This document shows, piece after piece, positions 19,277 to 29,356 of a DNA stretch of 64,000 nt. Within the stretch, counting starts at the first letter, position 1; every line of letters begins with the position of its first letter. Origin of the DNA: a virus (taxonomy: Duplodnaviria; Caudoviricetes); the IMG/VR virus record IMGVR_UViG_3300024269_004845; one strand, 5' to 3'. A model generated the notes under the pieces. It did not search any database, was not told the origin of the DNA, and saw nothing but the letters and a program-made list of their open reading frames with translations. Position numbers and translations under genes: made by a program.

Positions 19277-20119
19277 ATGTCCTCAAAAGAAGTCGTACTC
19301 GTTCAACGCATAACAAAAAAACAAAATAAAGTAGATTTTGCAGTAATTGAAAATAGTATTCTTGGGAAAAAGAACAAAATAACACTAACCAGGAATGATA
19401 TGAAAATTCGTGCATCTAAAATTATTTTTAATGGTTTGCATGGATATGGGTTAGATTTTTATGGGCACACAATACTTAAAGAAGCAGGTGTTCCGTCCAA
19501 AATAATTATGGAAAAGATTGATGATGGGACTATTTTGGTTTTTATAAGCTATAGCACTGCAGATTCAAATATAAACGAATTAATTGCAGAATCTATCAAT
19601 ACTCGTTGTTTGGGCATTGATATGGGGAAAAAGAACACTTTTGCAATCGTTAATAATTTTAATAGAGACCCTATTTTGATAAAGGGTACAATGATGGCTA
19701 AGCTATATAACGAAGAGCCTGAAAAATTTTTAGAATATTTAAAAAATGCTATGAGATTTTTACAAGAATACATAGTAAAAAACAACGTAAAAGTTATCTA
19801 CATAGGAGATATGTATAAATATAAACCATATGACATAATCTTGAATCATGTTAAACGATTAAAATGTGTTAAAATCGTTGTTGTAGATGAAGCAAATACT
19901 TCTAAAGCTAGTTTCTTGGATAAAGATATTCTTTGTGCAGAAGGAGATTTTTCTGGGAAGAGATTGACCAGGAGTCAATATGTTTCAAAAGATGGCACAA
20001 TCTTTTCTGCAGATATTAATGCAGCATATAATATTTTGGTAAAAGGAAATCCTTTCGCTTTATATGATGTGCATAACCCAAAACTAAAAACGGTTGATTA
20101 TCAAATTAATGAATTATAA
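19277..20119 (+). CDS. Shortened TnpB-derived RuvC-fold nuclease
   Basis: LGIDMGKKN, IYIG, DEANTSKASFLD, FSGKR.TR..Y.S.DG...SADINAAYNIL; only 280 aa. Confidence 0.8.
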   Translation: MSSKEVVLVQRITKKQNKVDFAVIENSILGKKNKITLTRNDMKIRASKIIFNGLHGYGLDFYGHTILKEAGVPSKIIMEKIDDGTILVFISYSTADSNINELIAESINTRCLGIDMGKKNTFAIVNNFNRDPILIKGTMMAKLYNEEPEKFLEYLKNAMRFLQEYIVKNNVKVIYIGDMYKYKPYDIILNHVKRLKCVKIVVVDEANTSKASFLDKDILCAEGDFSGKRLTRSQYVSKDGTIFSADINAAYNILVKGNPFALYDVHNPKLKTVDYQINEL

Positions 20120-20122
20120 CAA

Positions 20123-20157
20123 AAAAAAGACTCTGATTTAAAATCAGAGTCTTTTTT
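20123..20157. terminator. Bidirectional terminator
   Basis: AAAAAAGACTCTGATTT-A-AAATCAGAGTCTTTTTT. Confidence 0.8.
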
Positions 20158-22546
20158 ATAACATAAGTTTTTGTTTTATTTGTGATTTTTTACTAGTAGT
20201 TTCTTCTTTATTTATTGCTTCTTTTACTGCTATATCTGTACCTACGAATAGAAACTGAATTTTTGCTCTAGTAAGTGCAGTATACATTAAATTTCTGTTG
20301 TTTATAATTGCATGATTAGACGTAACTGGCATAACTACGTAATCAAACTCTGAACCTTGCGATTTGTGAACGGTTATTGCATATGCCAGATTAATCTCGT
20401 TGATATTCTCTGATTTGTACTCTGCCAGATTACCATCATAATCAACAACTACTGTTCTTTGTATATTGTTTATTTCAGAGATGATTCCAATAGAACCGTT
20501 AAAAACATTTATGTCATAGTTATTTACTGTCTGGATTACCTTATCTCCTACTCTAAATAATTTAGTAGGGCTTATAAGTATTTCGTTCTTTGTTGGGCTT
20601 GGGGGGTTGATAATATCCTGCAACTTTTTATTAAGTCCTAAAGTTCCAAGCAATCCATCATTCATAGGAGTAATAATTTGGAATTCTAGAATTGGGACGT
20701 GCTTATCCATTATCTTTTGAGTTGCGGAAATAATTTCGTCCAAAATTTCAATATTATTTTTCTTTGACTTATATTTGAAATACTTTCGGTTTGGGCGATT
20801 AAATATTTCATCTGGTGTGTTATTAAGAATATATTTACTAACATCAATAATGTCACTATCTTTGCCCTGTCTAAAGACTTTTTTCAGTTGGACCGTTGGA
20901 ACTTTTCCAGAATCAATAATGTCTCTAAGGATAAGTCCTGGGCCTACAGATGGTAACTGATTATAATCTCCAACAAGAAGAATATTTGTCATGTCTGATA
21001 CATTCTTTAATAGCTTGTAAAACAAATCGATATCAATCATTGATGTTTCATCAATAATTAACAAATCACAATCTATTTCTTCTAGGTCGCTACTTGCACC
21101 GCTATCAAAAGGCATATAATTTAGTTTTTTATGAATAGTCTCTGCAGGACGGCCGATTACCTCGCTCATTCTTCTGCTGGCTTTTCCCGTAGGAGCACAT
21201 AGCTGAATATTTGCTGTTGGGTTGGCGTTTAAAAGAGTTTCTACAATGATTTTTATTGTTTGTGTTTTTCCTGTCCCTGGGCCACCAGTAAGAACACTTA
21301 ACCTACTTCTAAGAGCCATTTTAACAGCTTCTATTTGTAAAACATCTAGCTTTATACCTTTTTTTTCAACTGTTGAAAGGTATCTATCTATGTCGGACAC
21401 AGATGTAAAGTGGGAACCTACTACCGAATTTATTGTTAATAATTTGGAGACAATGAAATCTTCCATTATTTTGTAATAATATTTGTAAACACATTCTTTG
21501 GATGGCTCATCAATATTTGCTTCCGTAGTTATGATATTAGATAGTTCCAAATCCATTAATGCGGTTTCGACATCCTTATTCAAAATTGGTTCTTCATATA
21601 AACCAATTTTTTTGATGATTCTATTTATCGGGGACTTTCTATTGGGGTCTTTTCCGATAAATTCATTCTTATCTACATATATATCTCCATCTTGGGATGT
21701 TTTGCTTTGTATGTAATATAAAATACATGCTTTTACTCTGTCTTGGTTGTTATGTGGTAATCCTTCTTTTATTGCCATTTTATCAATAGTTGCCAAATCT
21801 ATGTCTCCAAAGGATAGCAAGCAATACGGATTTTTCTTTATTTGAATAAATGCTAATTTTTGATATTTTTCCAATATTTTAACCGCTATATAACTAGAAA
21901 TATTAAATTCTATTAAGTACTTAAAGGCTTGTTCTTGTTCAAAATTAGTTAAAAAAGCGTTTTGAATATCGCCTAACTTTGTAGAGCTTTTAATGATTCT
22001 TGTAAGGCCAATATCCATTTTTTTTATTGCATCAATTGCTTTAATATCATAGATTTCAATTATTCTCTTTAAGGTCTTATCAGAAACTCGTTTTCCCTTT
22101 AAAATATATTTCATAAAATTATATGTAGAAACAACTGAGCTATTTAGAACTTCAGTATGTTCTGTTAAGACAAATGTTTCTTGGTGCATATAATTGTCTT
22201 TCCAATATCCAAAAGCTTCGAATTCAGCATCTGGGTAAACATTAAAAAACAATCCTTCAACTACAACATTTTTAATATGGGGGATTTCTTCTCCATGCTG
22301 ATATTCAATAATATTTACGGATAGAAAACAATAATTGTTTAGTTCATTTCTGGAAATAATTTTCTTTACAGAAAATTTCATATGATACAGTGGATAAATT
22401 GATGTAGCAAAAAAACAATTATCCATATTAAATCCAAAACAAATATAATCTATTCCGTTGATTGGAGTTATTCCATCTAATGATATATTTTTATTTGGGA
22501 ACTTTGTTTTTATCTTTTTATCATTATATATTGCGTAAGATAACAT
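20156..22546 (-). CDS. recD2: RecD2-like SF1B helicase
   Basis: GGPGTGKT, IIDETSM, GDYNQLPSVGPG, FRQ, AYAITVHKSQGSEF, YTALTRAK. Confidence 0.9.
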   Translation of the reverse strand: MLSYAIYNDKKIKTKFPNKNISLDGITPINGIDYICFGFNMDNCFFATSIYPLYHMKFSVKKIISRNELNNYCFLSVNIIEYQHGEEIPHIKNVVVEGLFFNVYPDAEFEAFGYWKDNYMHQETFVLTEHTEVLNSSVVSTYNFMKYILKGKRVSDKTLKRIIEIYDIKAIDAIKKMDIGLTRIIKSSTKLGDIQNAFLTNFEQEQAFKYLIEFNISSYIAVKILEKYQKLAFIQIKKNPYCLLSFGDIDLATIDKMAIKEGLPHNNQDRVKACILYYIQSKTSQDGDIYVDKNEFIGKDPNRKSPINRIIKKIGLYEEPILNKDVETALMDLELSNIITTEANIDEPSKECVYKYYYKIMEDFIVSKLLTINSVVGSHFTSVSDIDRYLSTVEKKGIKLDVLQIEAVKMALRSRLSVLTGGPGTGKTQTIKIIVETLLNANPTANIQLCAPTGKASRRMSEVIGRPAETIHKKLNYMPFDSGASSDLEEIDCDLLIIDETSMIDIDLFYKLLKNVSDMTNILLVGDYNQLPSVGPGLILRDIIDSGKVPTVQLKKVFRQGKDSDIIDVSKYILNNTPDEIFNRPNRKYFKYKSKKNNIEILDEIISATQKIMDKHVPILEFQIITPMNDGLLGTLGLNKKLQDIINPPSPTKNEILISPTKLFRVGDKVIQTVNNYDINVFNGSIGIISEINNIQRTVVVDYDGNLAEYKSENINEINLAYAITVHKSQGSEFDYVVMPVTSNHAIINNRNLMYTALTRAKIQFLFVGTDIAVKEAINKEETTSKKSQIKQKLML

Positions 22547-22575
22547 AGTCCACCTCATTTATTATTTGTAAGTTT

Positions 22576-22604
22576 ATTATAACACCCACCTAACAAAAAG
22601 TCAA
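22576..22604 (-). promoter_or_regulatory. sigmaA-type promoter of recD2
   Basis: TTGACT-17-TATAAT with TG. Confidence 0.7.
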
Positions 22605-22609
22605 CGATA

Positions 22610-22641
22610 AAACCTTCGGATTTTTAAAAATCCGAAGGTTT
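22610..22641 (-). terminator. Terminator, perfect 32-bp palindrome
   Basis: AAACCTTCGGATTTTT|AAAAATCCGAAGGTTT. Confidence 0.75.
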
Positions 22642-22646
22642 GTTTT

Positions 22647-23165
22647 TTAGTTACTAATATCTGTGTATTCTTCTTGTACTTTTTGTGCAATGTCTTTAGC
22701 TTCTTCTTCGCTTACTTTTAGTTGTTCCTGAATTTCTGCGACCAACTCATTAAAATCGATATCTTTTAAACCAGCTTCATAAATGTTGGTAGCTAAAGTT
22801 TTTGCAAATTTATCTATATCTACTTTTCCAAGTCCTTCAACGACAATATAATAACCTTTTTCAATCGATTCAGTCATTTTGTCATATACCTTATCCGCAT
22901 CTACTATGCCATATTCTTCTCTCTTTTTCTCAAAATCGTCGAAGAAGTCAGATATCTTTTGAGCAGTATCTTGGTCTACATATTCATTTATTTGTAAATT
23001 GTTCATAACATCTGTTCCGTCATATTTAAATCCTATATTAAAGATTAACAAGATTGCTGCTAGGCAAACAGCTATTGTTATCGCTTTTTTTATTAAAAAT
23101 ATAACTATGGAAACGATAATTATTACATATAAGATTGTTTGAATAAGTTCAGGAGATATATTCAT
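22647..23165 (-). CDS. Membrane protein (two N-terminal TMs)
   Basis: ORF with RBS GAGGAG. Confidence 0.7.
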   Translation of the reverse strand: MNISPELIQTILYVIIIVSIVIFLIKKAITIAVCLAAILLIFNIGFKYDGTDVMNNLQINEYVDQDTAQKISDFFDDFEKKREEYGIVDADKVYDKMTESIEKGYYIVVEGLGKVDIDKFAKTLATNIYEAGLKDIDFNELVAEIQEQLKVSEEEAKDIAQKVQEEYTDISN

Positions 23166-23231
23166 GCTTCATCAACTCCTCTTTTAATATTTAATATATA
23201 ATATGCAAAAAGAATGAGAAATAATCATATT

Positions 23232-23513
23232 TCAATCTACTTTTTCTAATATGTATTGAACTCGGCCAATAAAAAGCGCAGCTCCCATAGACTGATATCT
23301 CCAATCTCTTTCATCTAATATTATTTGGACTTTTACGCCGTTTTCATAATAATTCCCATGTGAATAAATATGAAGTATTTTTCCTAACACTAATTTATTA
23401 ATATCTCTAGTGCCTTGGTCTTCTTTTTGTATAATATAAACAGTATCTCCAATCATTAATTGCGAGGGGATTTTAGAATCTTCTGGTCTATCTATAAAGT
23501 GATTTATTGGCAT
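23232..23513 (-). CDS. YwbE/DUF2196-like protein
   Basis: V.IIQKEDQ.T..L..G......S......GVKV......GRVQYI pattern. Confidence 0.65.
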   Translation of the reverse strand: MPINHFIDRPEDSKIPSQLMIGDTVYIIQKEDQGTRDINKLVLGKILHIYSHGNYYENGVKVQIILDERDWRYQSMGAALFIGRVQYILEKVD

Positions 23514-23572
23514 ATTGGCAACCTCCTCATTTTAGAAAAAAGGCTTGAGCGCTAAAACTCAAGCCTTGATTT

Positions 23573-24502
23573 TTAACCGATTAATGCTTCTAATTCCTGA
23601 TTCCACTTATTTGCCTGTTCAACAGTAACAGGCTTTCCTTCTTCGGATAGTTTAATAATTTCTTTTAGGATGTTTGTCACAGGGGTTTCAGGATACTTTT
23701 CAACAAATGTTTTGTAAGAGTTGATAGTTGTTTCGTCTGGGGTATATTCGCCAGATATATTGTAAGTACCTGCATACATCTTAGATGCTAAAATATAGCT
23801 ATTAATAACATCCGAAATGATAGGATAGCTACTATGATTTACAATAAAATCGTTTGCTTGAATAATGTAATTAGCTGTTTTTTCTCTGTCGTAAGAACCA
23901 GTGACCCCAGATAATTCACCTCTTTGAACAACTTCTTTGAACTGGATATAATCTCTAGTTGCATCGTTAAAAATATCTCCATATCTTTCAGTTAAAGAAT
24001 CATAATTTACAATTACGTATGGTCTTTCATTGGTAATGCCCTTTGGGACCATAATTCTCATATCGGAATTATAAATTTCTTGTACAACCGTTTTTAAAAC
24101 TTGGTCGTTAATTTTGTTTACGGCAGAAGCTTCTTCATAATTTATCGTATCTGAATTATTTTCTATAATACTTGCATACAGAGTGATGAAATCAGAATAT
24201 ACGGACATGTAATACTGAATATGATTTATATAAAATGCAATCATATTATTTTTTACATCATTATCGATATCATCTTCTAATATTTTTTCCATTACATATC
24301 TTACTTGTGTAGGAGTTGTTTCTGCGTTTAAGATTCCTTGATAATAATTCAGTTTTTCACTTGATGACATCTCGTCTAAACCTTTAAAAACTACTTCATA
24401 TGGAGAATATTCTTCAGCTTTTTTTTCTCCAAGAAAATAGCCTCCCGCAAAACCACCTACAAGCATTACAAGTGCTAATAGAATAGCTGTTATTTTTCTC
24501 AT
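23573..24502 (-). CDS. Membrane-anchored exported helical protein
   Basis: N-terminal hydrophobic segment; RBS. Confidence 0.7.
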   Translation of the reverse strand: MRKITAILLALVMLVGGFAGGYFLGEKKAEEYSPYEVVFKGLDEMSSSEKLNYYQGILNAETTPTQVRYVMEKILEDDIDNDVKNNMIAFYINHIQYYMSVYSDFITLYASIIENNSDTINYEEASAVNKINDQVLKTVVQEIYNSDMRIMVPKGITNERPYVIVNYDSLTERYGDIFNDATRDYIQFKEVVQRGELSGVTGSYDREKTANYIIQANDFIVNHSSYPIISDVINSYILASKMYAGTYNISGEYTPDETTINSYKTFVEKYPETPVTNILKEIIKLSEEGKPVTVEQANKWNQELEALIG

Positions 24503-24514
24503 ATATAATCCTCC

Positions 24515-24757
24515 TTAAAAAATAAATGCTAAGCCAAGAATTGTTATAAATATATAAAAGAAAATCCCCATAACCAAACCCATAGAATTTTCTCTTAGTT
24601 TAAATGCAAATAAAATTCTGCCAATTAAACCACCTACTGGGCATAAAAAATCGGTAAGTAATTGTGCTCGGTAAGAGACGGTCTTGTCAGAATAATCTAT
24701 ATACTTATAAAAGCCTATTAAATTTACTAACAACAATGTTAATATATAATATCTCAT
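24515..24757 (-). CDS. Small membrane protein (weakly DUF1294-like)
   Basis: Three hydrophobic segments; RBS AAGGTGG. Confidence 0.55.
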   Translation of the reverse strand: MRYYILTLLLVNLIGFYKYIDYSDKTVSYRAQLLTDFLCPVGGLIGRILFAFKLRENSMGLVMGIFFYIFITILGLAFIF

Positions 24758-24893
24758 CTAATTTCCACCTTTCTTAAACTATATATAAGTATATTATATT
24801 TTTCATTGTTTTTCAAGTTTTTTTTGTTTTATAGCAAAAAAGAGAAGTTGGATAAGCGTCCAACTTCTCTTTTTTCTATTTTAGAGGCTTATA

Positions 24894-25154
24894 TTACTTA
24901 GTATAAGCTTCCTTAATAGCATCAACAATCTTCGCTCTCAGCTCGGAAGTGATAGGATATGCAGTGTTTCTACGAGTATATGTACCATCTGCATTCTTCT
25001 TAGACTTCTCAGGGTTGAAAACCATAAGAGCGCCATCCTTCTCGACAACGCGGAAACCGTCTACGACGAACTCGCCATCAAGACAAACGCTTGCAAATGC
25101 CTTAAGGCTACCCTTTTCCTCAACCTTGGTTACTCTAGCTTCAGTTACAATCAT
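24894..25154 (-). CDS. spoVG: SpoVG-family nucleic-acid-binding protein
   Basis: LKAFASVCLDGEFVVDGFRVVE..G.LMV..P.K....G.Y....YPITSELR; terminator at 24836-24874. Confidence 0.85.
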   Translation of the reverse strand: MIVTEARVTKVEEKGSLKAFASVCLDGEFVVDGFRVVEKDGALMVFNPEKSKKNADGTYTRRNTAYPITSELRAKIVDAIKEAYTK

Positions 25155-25272
25155 CTTAATTGCCTCCTTAAAAATAATTAACAAAATTTTTTAACCGCAT
25201 CGGTATATACTATATTATTTTGTATAAAAATTTTTTATTCAAAATATATGTGGTAATTCCGATGACGTGTTC

Positions 25273-25301
25273 ATTATAACATATTTTATTTTAAAAGTCA
25301 A
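25273..25301 (-). promoter_or_regulatory. sigmaA-type promoter of spoVG
   Basis: TTGACT-17-TATAAT; shares AATAAAATATGTTATAATGA with the recA-operon promoter. Confidence 0.7.
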
Positions 25302-25402
25302 TAGGGATAGACCTTCAACAAGAAAAATTTTTATATATTTTGTTCGAGTTATATAATACTATATAAAATACTCGAAAGTATTAAGTTAGGAGGTTATTCA
25401 TA

Positions 25403-27439
25403 ATGTCTGATAACGATAAAAATATGGGTTCTCGTGAAGAGTTTGAAGGCAAAGAAGTGAGAAATACTATGCCTCAGCTAGACGAAGAAGCATATGACAA
25501 AATAAACGAAAAAGGTAGAAATATCAGAAATTTTGATGATAGCGAATACTATGATGCTGAAGAAGAGGAAGAAGCAGCTGTTCCTGATGAAGATAATGAA
25601 ATTATTAATTCTTTATTAGCATTTTCTAAAGAGGCCAAAGAGCCAACAGAAAAAGAAGAAGAAAAGAAATCAAAATTCTCTTTTGGGAAACCTAAAAAAG
25701 AGAGCGAAGAAACTTCTAGCTTAGCTTCAAAACTTTCATTTGGCAAAAAGAAAGAAACTCAACAAGAAAATAGCATTCCTGTTACAGAAGATATTAGTTC
25801 AGATTCTTCTGCTGATGATATTGGTTCTTCTTACGATGAAGAAATTCCATTTGCCAAGCCTGTTAAGGAAAAGAAATCTTTCTTTGGTAAAAAGAATAAG
25901 AAGGAAAAAATTGTAGACGAAAATATTGGGGATATTATCAATGAGGACATTGCTAATGATGAAAATATTGATGATACATATGTAAATACCATCGAGGATA
26001 TTGAAAGAGACATTCGAAGAGCTAAAAAGAAGAATCCTAAAATCGATAAAAAAGTATTTATTATTTTGGGGGTTGTTGTTTTGGCTATTATCGTCGGTGG
26101 GGCCGCGATGATGTTCTTTGGGGGGAACGATGCTCCGCCCGTTGAAACTCCACAAGACCAGCCTGTTATAGAAACTCCGTCTACCAACGACGAATTTACA
26201 AGTAGTGATATTAACAATATTTCTTATAAGCAGGGTGAAATAAAGAGAATTCTTGGTAATAAAGTATTGATTACGCCTGATGGAGAAACGGAAAATACTA
26301 TTTACTATATTGATAATATGCAAGTAATTGAACCGTTTAAAGCTGGTCATCATGTTGAATACGGGTATGTAATTAAAAATTATCTCCCTTACATAACTGA
26401 AATTATAGAAATCAGAGAGGGCACTATTGCATACAAGGGTATCATGACTATAAATATCATGGTAAACGATACACTTGTGAAATTTGCATACGATAATTCT
26501 TTGGCGGAAGATATTAAGGATATATCTACTGGAGATGTAATTCAATATGTTTACGAAGATATCGAAGGGACTCCTACTATTACAAATATTATAAATGTGG
26601 TGAAAGCAAAAATAGAGGAAGATAATAGCGGGAATGTTAATCACAATCCTTCCGATAATCCTATGACAGACGACCTTTATAATGGTTACATTTACGATGC
26701 TAAAGATTTTTATGAAGAACACACAATTATTGATAATAGACAAGAAGAAAGTAGAGAAGCCCTAAAAACAAACATCAAGGATAATACTATTGCTTTTTAT
26801 AACGGAATTAATGGTCCTATTTGGATTAGACATGCTTGGAGAAGCACTGATTTGATGGAAAATGTTCCTAGTATTGATGCCGTAGATGTTATTCTAGAAA
26901 CTCCTAGTGGAGTTCAAATTACAAATGCAAATATTGCTGAATATGGACGTATGTGGTTAGATGGGAGTATTGTTAATTATGCTTTAAAAAATCCTGAAAT
27001 TGGTGAATACAAATTTATTGACAATAAGCCAAATGGAACGTTCTTGGGCGAAGCGAGTATTCATGTAATGGAGCTATCTGGATTTATTACAATTGATAAA
27101 TTCGGAGCTAACTTAATTAATCGTGACACTTTAGAATTAGTTTGGAAAATTACTGGGGTTCCCGATGATGGGTTAGAAATTGAAGTTTATTTAACGAACG
27201 ACAGATTTTCCACTATGGTTTATTCTGGGTCTTCTAAAGAAGAGCCTTTACATATAATTGACAAGAAAACCGTGTCCATCTCTAATTTACCAAAAGGGAA
27301 ATATAATGTGGTGGTAAAGGTTAAAGACATCGACATGAAAACGCAGGCAGATAATCCAGAAATTCCAGAAAATACTATTGTTATCGCTGCCGAAACGATT
27401 TCTGAAACTAAAAATGTAGGCATCTTGATTTTGCAGTAA
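25403..27439 (+). CDS. Single-pass membrane protein with acidic cytoplasmic N-terminus and beta-rich external domains
   Basis: TM at ~aa 218-239; RBS AGGAGG. Confidence 0.75.
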   Translation: MSDNDKNMGSREEFEGKEVRNTMPQLDEEAYDKINEKGRNIRNFDDSEYYDAEEEEEAAVPDEDNEIINSLLAFSKEAKEPTEKEEEKKSKFSFGKPKKESEETSSLASKLSFGKKKETQQENSIPVTEDISSDSSADDIGSSYDEEIPFAKPVKEKKSFFGKKNKKEKIVDENIGDIINEDIANDENIDDTYVNTIEDIERDIRRAKKKNPKIDKKVFIILGVVVLAIIVGGAAMMFFGGNDAPPVETPQDQPVIETPSTNDEFTSSDINNISYKQGEIKRILGNKVLITPDGETENTIYYIDNMQVIEPFKAGHHVEYGYVIKNYLPYITEIIEIREGTIAYKGIMTINIMVNDTLVKFAYDNSLAEDIKDISTGDVIQYVYEDIEGTPTITNIINVVKAKIEEDNSGNVNHNPSDNPMTDDLYNGYIYDAKDFYEEHTIIDNRQEESREALKTNIKDNTIAFYNGINGPIWIRHAWRSTDLMENVPSIDAVDVILETPSGVQITNANIAEYGRMWLDGSIVNYALKNPEIGEYKFIDNKPNGTFLGEASIHVMELSGFITIDKFGANLINRDTLELVWKITGVPDDGLEIEVYLTNDRFSTMVYSGSSKEEPLHIIDKKTVSISNLPKGKYNVVVKVKDIDMKTQADNPEIPENTIVIAAETISETKNVGILILQ

Positions 27440-27450
27440 GGGGTTTTATT

Positions 27451-27822
27451 ATGGTAAAAACTTTATTGGATTTAATAATGACAGAGTCTAGTCCATATAT
27501 AGATATTTCTTCTCAATCGTCTTTGTTTGAAACAGAAATAAAGAAAGAAACTGAATCACTGGATGTTGGGATGTTAATAAAGGTTTCTGATTTTGAAACG
27601 GGGAAAGATGATGGCGTATACTTAAGTAAAAAAGAGAAATTAATAATTCATATCGTAAAGAAATCTTTCAAGAGCGATAAAGAAATTGATAAAGAGGACT
27701 TCGAACGACTTTTAGCATATTCTTATATCGTAAGAGCTTTGGCTTATATGCAAAATTCTCCTTTTGATATAATTAGAACTTTTACACAAAAAAGCAATGA
27801 AATTATAAGTAGATATATGTAA
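27451..27822 (+). CDS. Hypothetical protein
   Basis: Co-oriented ORF ending at terminator 27826-27860. Confidence 0.65.
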   Translation: MVKTLLDLIMTESSPYIDISSQSSLFETEIKKETESLDVGMLIKVSDFETGKDDGVYLSKKEKLIIHIVKKSFKSDKEIDKEDFERLLAYSYIVRALAYMQNSPFDIIRTFTQKSNEIISRYM

Positions 27823-27861
27823 ATAAAAAAATGACTGGCCATCCAGGCCAGTCATTTTTTG

Positions 27862-29226
27862 TTATTTTATAATATCTTTTAATTCCTTAATTGTTTTTAT
27901 TTCTTTTACAACTATTTTAGAGTATTTTTTTGTTGTATTATTTGAAGGAACGACAATTTCTTTAAAGCCCATTCTTTCAAAATCACTGATAATTTTATCT
28001 ATATTGGGGACTTTTTTAATTTCTCCCGTTAGACTAACTTCTCCGACAAATACAATGTCACTTGATAAAGGAATTTTGTTTACGGCAGAATCAATAGCTG
28101 CAACGACCCCCAAACCTATATACGTATCTTTTACTCTTATACCATTACTTGTTTGGACGTATATATCTTTCTTTTTTGTGTTTGAAGATAATTTATTTTC
28201 CATTACCGCTAAAAGAATTTGTAAAAAGTCTTTAGAAACACCTTGAGAAATTCTTGATGGGTATGTAAAATTATTAGACTCTGCTAAAGCGTTTATTTCA
28301 ATTGCTATTGTTCTGCTACCTTCTTTAATTGCTGTAATAGCAGAACCAGAAACAGGAGTCGTTCTTTCTGTAATGAAATATTTATTTGGATTTGTTAATT
28401 CTTGTAATCCTTCTTCTTTCATTTCAAATAATCCAACCTCTGAAGTGTCTCCAAAGCGGTTTTTTGTACTTTTAAACATTCTTAGAACTCCGCTATCATC
28501 ACCAATAGAAAGAGTGAAAACAGCATCTACCATATGTTCAAATTCTCTGCTGCCCCGTAGTTCATCTTCTTTGGTTACTTGTCCAACAAAAAATACGCAC
28601 ATACTTCTGGCCGAATTTTTTGCCTTATTTAAAATTGCGGACGTGCAATGCAGGAGTTGTTTTTCTCCTCCTAGAGTACCGTCACAATCGTTACTAAATA
28701 GCATTTGAATGCTGTCAATTATTAGAAATTCTGGAGAAACCATGTCTATTGTTGCTAAGATAGTCTCCAAATTGGTTTCTGATTTTATATATATATTTTC
28801 CGAAATATTTGTTAATATTCTTTCTGCTCTCAGCTTTATTTGGGATTCGCTTTCTTCTCCCGCTATATATAATACAATATATCCTTTATTGGCTAAAGCT
28901 TGAGAAACCGATAGTAAAAGTGTACTTTTACCCGTGCCTGGTGGTGCCGAAATGACATTTACAGAGTCTGCTACTAATCCGCCACCAACCACTCTATCAA
29001 ATTCACCAATGTCTGTTTTGAGAAGGTTGCTCGTGTTTGAGGCAATAACTTCTTTTAATTTATTTGCCTTAGTATTTTTGCTTGTAATTCTATTTGTTGA
29101 AACGGGGGGCTCTAAAACTTCTTCTTCCATTGTTCCAAAAGATTTACAACTTGGGCATTTTCCATATTGAGTTGCGGATTTATATCCACATTCTGAACAA
29201 ACATAATTTGTATTCTTTTTAGCCAT
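27862..29226 (-). CDS. radA: DNA repair protein RadA/Sms
   Basis: C4 zinc finger, PGTGKSTLL, GEES, IIDSIQ, KNRFG, Lon-like C-terminus (GEVSLTGEI). Confidence 0.92.
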   Translation of the reverse strand: MAKKNTNYVCSECGYKSATQYGKCPSCKSFGTMEEEVLEPPVSTNRITSKNTKANKLKEVIASNTSNLLKTDIGEFDRVVGGGLVADSVNVISAPPGTGKSTLLLSVSQALANKGYIVLYIAGEESESQIKLRAERILTNISENIYIKSETNLETILATIDMVSPEFLIIDSIQMLFSNDCDGTLGGEKQLLHCTSAILNKAKNSARSMCVFFVGQVTKEDELRGSREFEHMVDAVFTLSIGDDSGVLRMFKSTKNRFGDTSEVGLFEMKEEGLQELTNPNKYFITERTTPVSGSAITAIKEGSRTIAIEINALAESNNFTYPSRISQGVSKDFLQILLAVMENKLSSNTKKKDIYVQTSNGIRVKDTYIGLGVVAAIDSAVNKIPLSSDIVFVGEVSLTGEIKKVPNIDKIISDFERMGFKEIVVPSNNTTKKYSKIVVKEIKTIKELKDIIK

Positions 29227-29315
29227 TTAAAAGACCTCTCAATCTATATATACTTATTATTTACACAAAAAAATAGTAATATAAATATATATCTTGTAAT
29301 GTTTTTATTATGAAC

Positions 29316-29344
29316 ATTATATCATATTTTGAAAGATAAATCAA
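29316..29344 (-). promoter_or_regulatory. sigmaA-type promoter of radA
   Basis: TTGATT-17-TATAAT with TG. Confidence 0.6.
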
Positions 29345-29356
29345 GGAGGGATTGGA

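Noticed and set aside
19277-20119. Active IS200/IS605 element or Cas12f CRISPR effector
   Set aside because: No tnpA, recognisable IS ends, CRISPR array or cas1/2 in the window; protein internally shortened.
25799-26743. 314-aa minus-strand ORF
   Set aside because: Antisense to a well-supported membrane protein gene; Ile/Phe/Asn-rich shadow composition.
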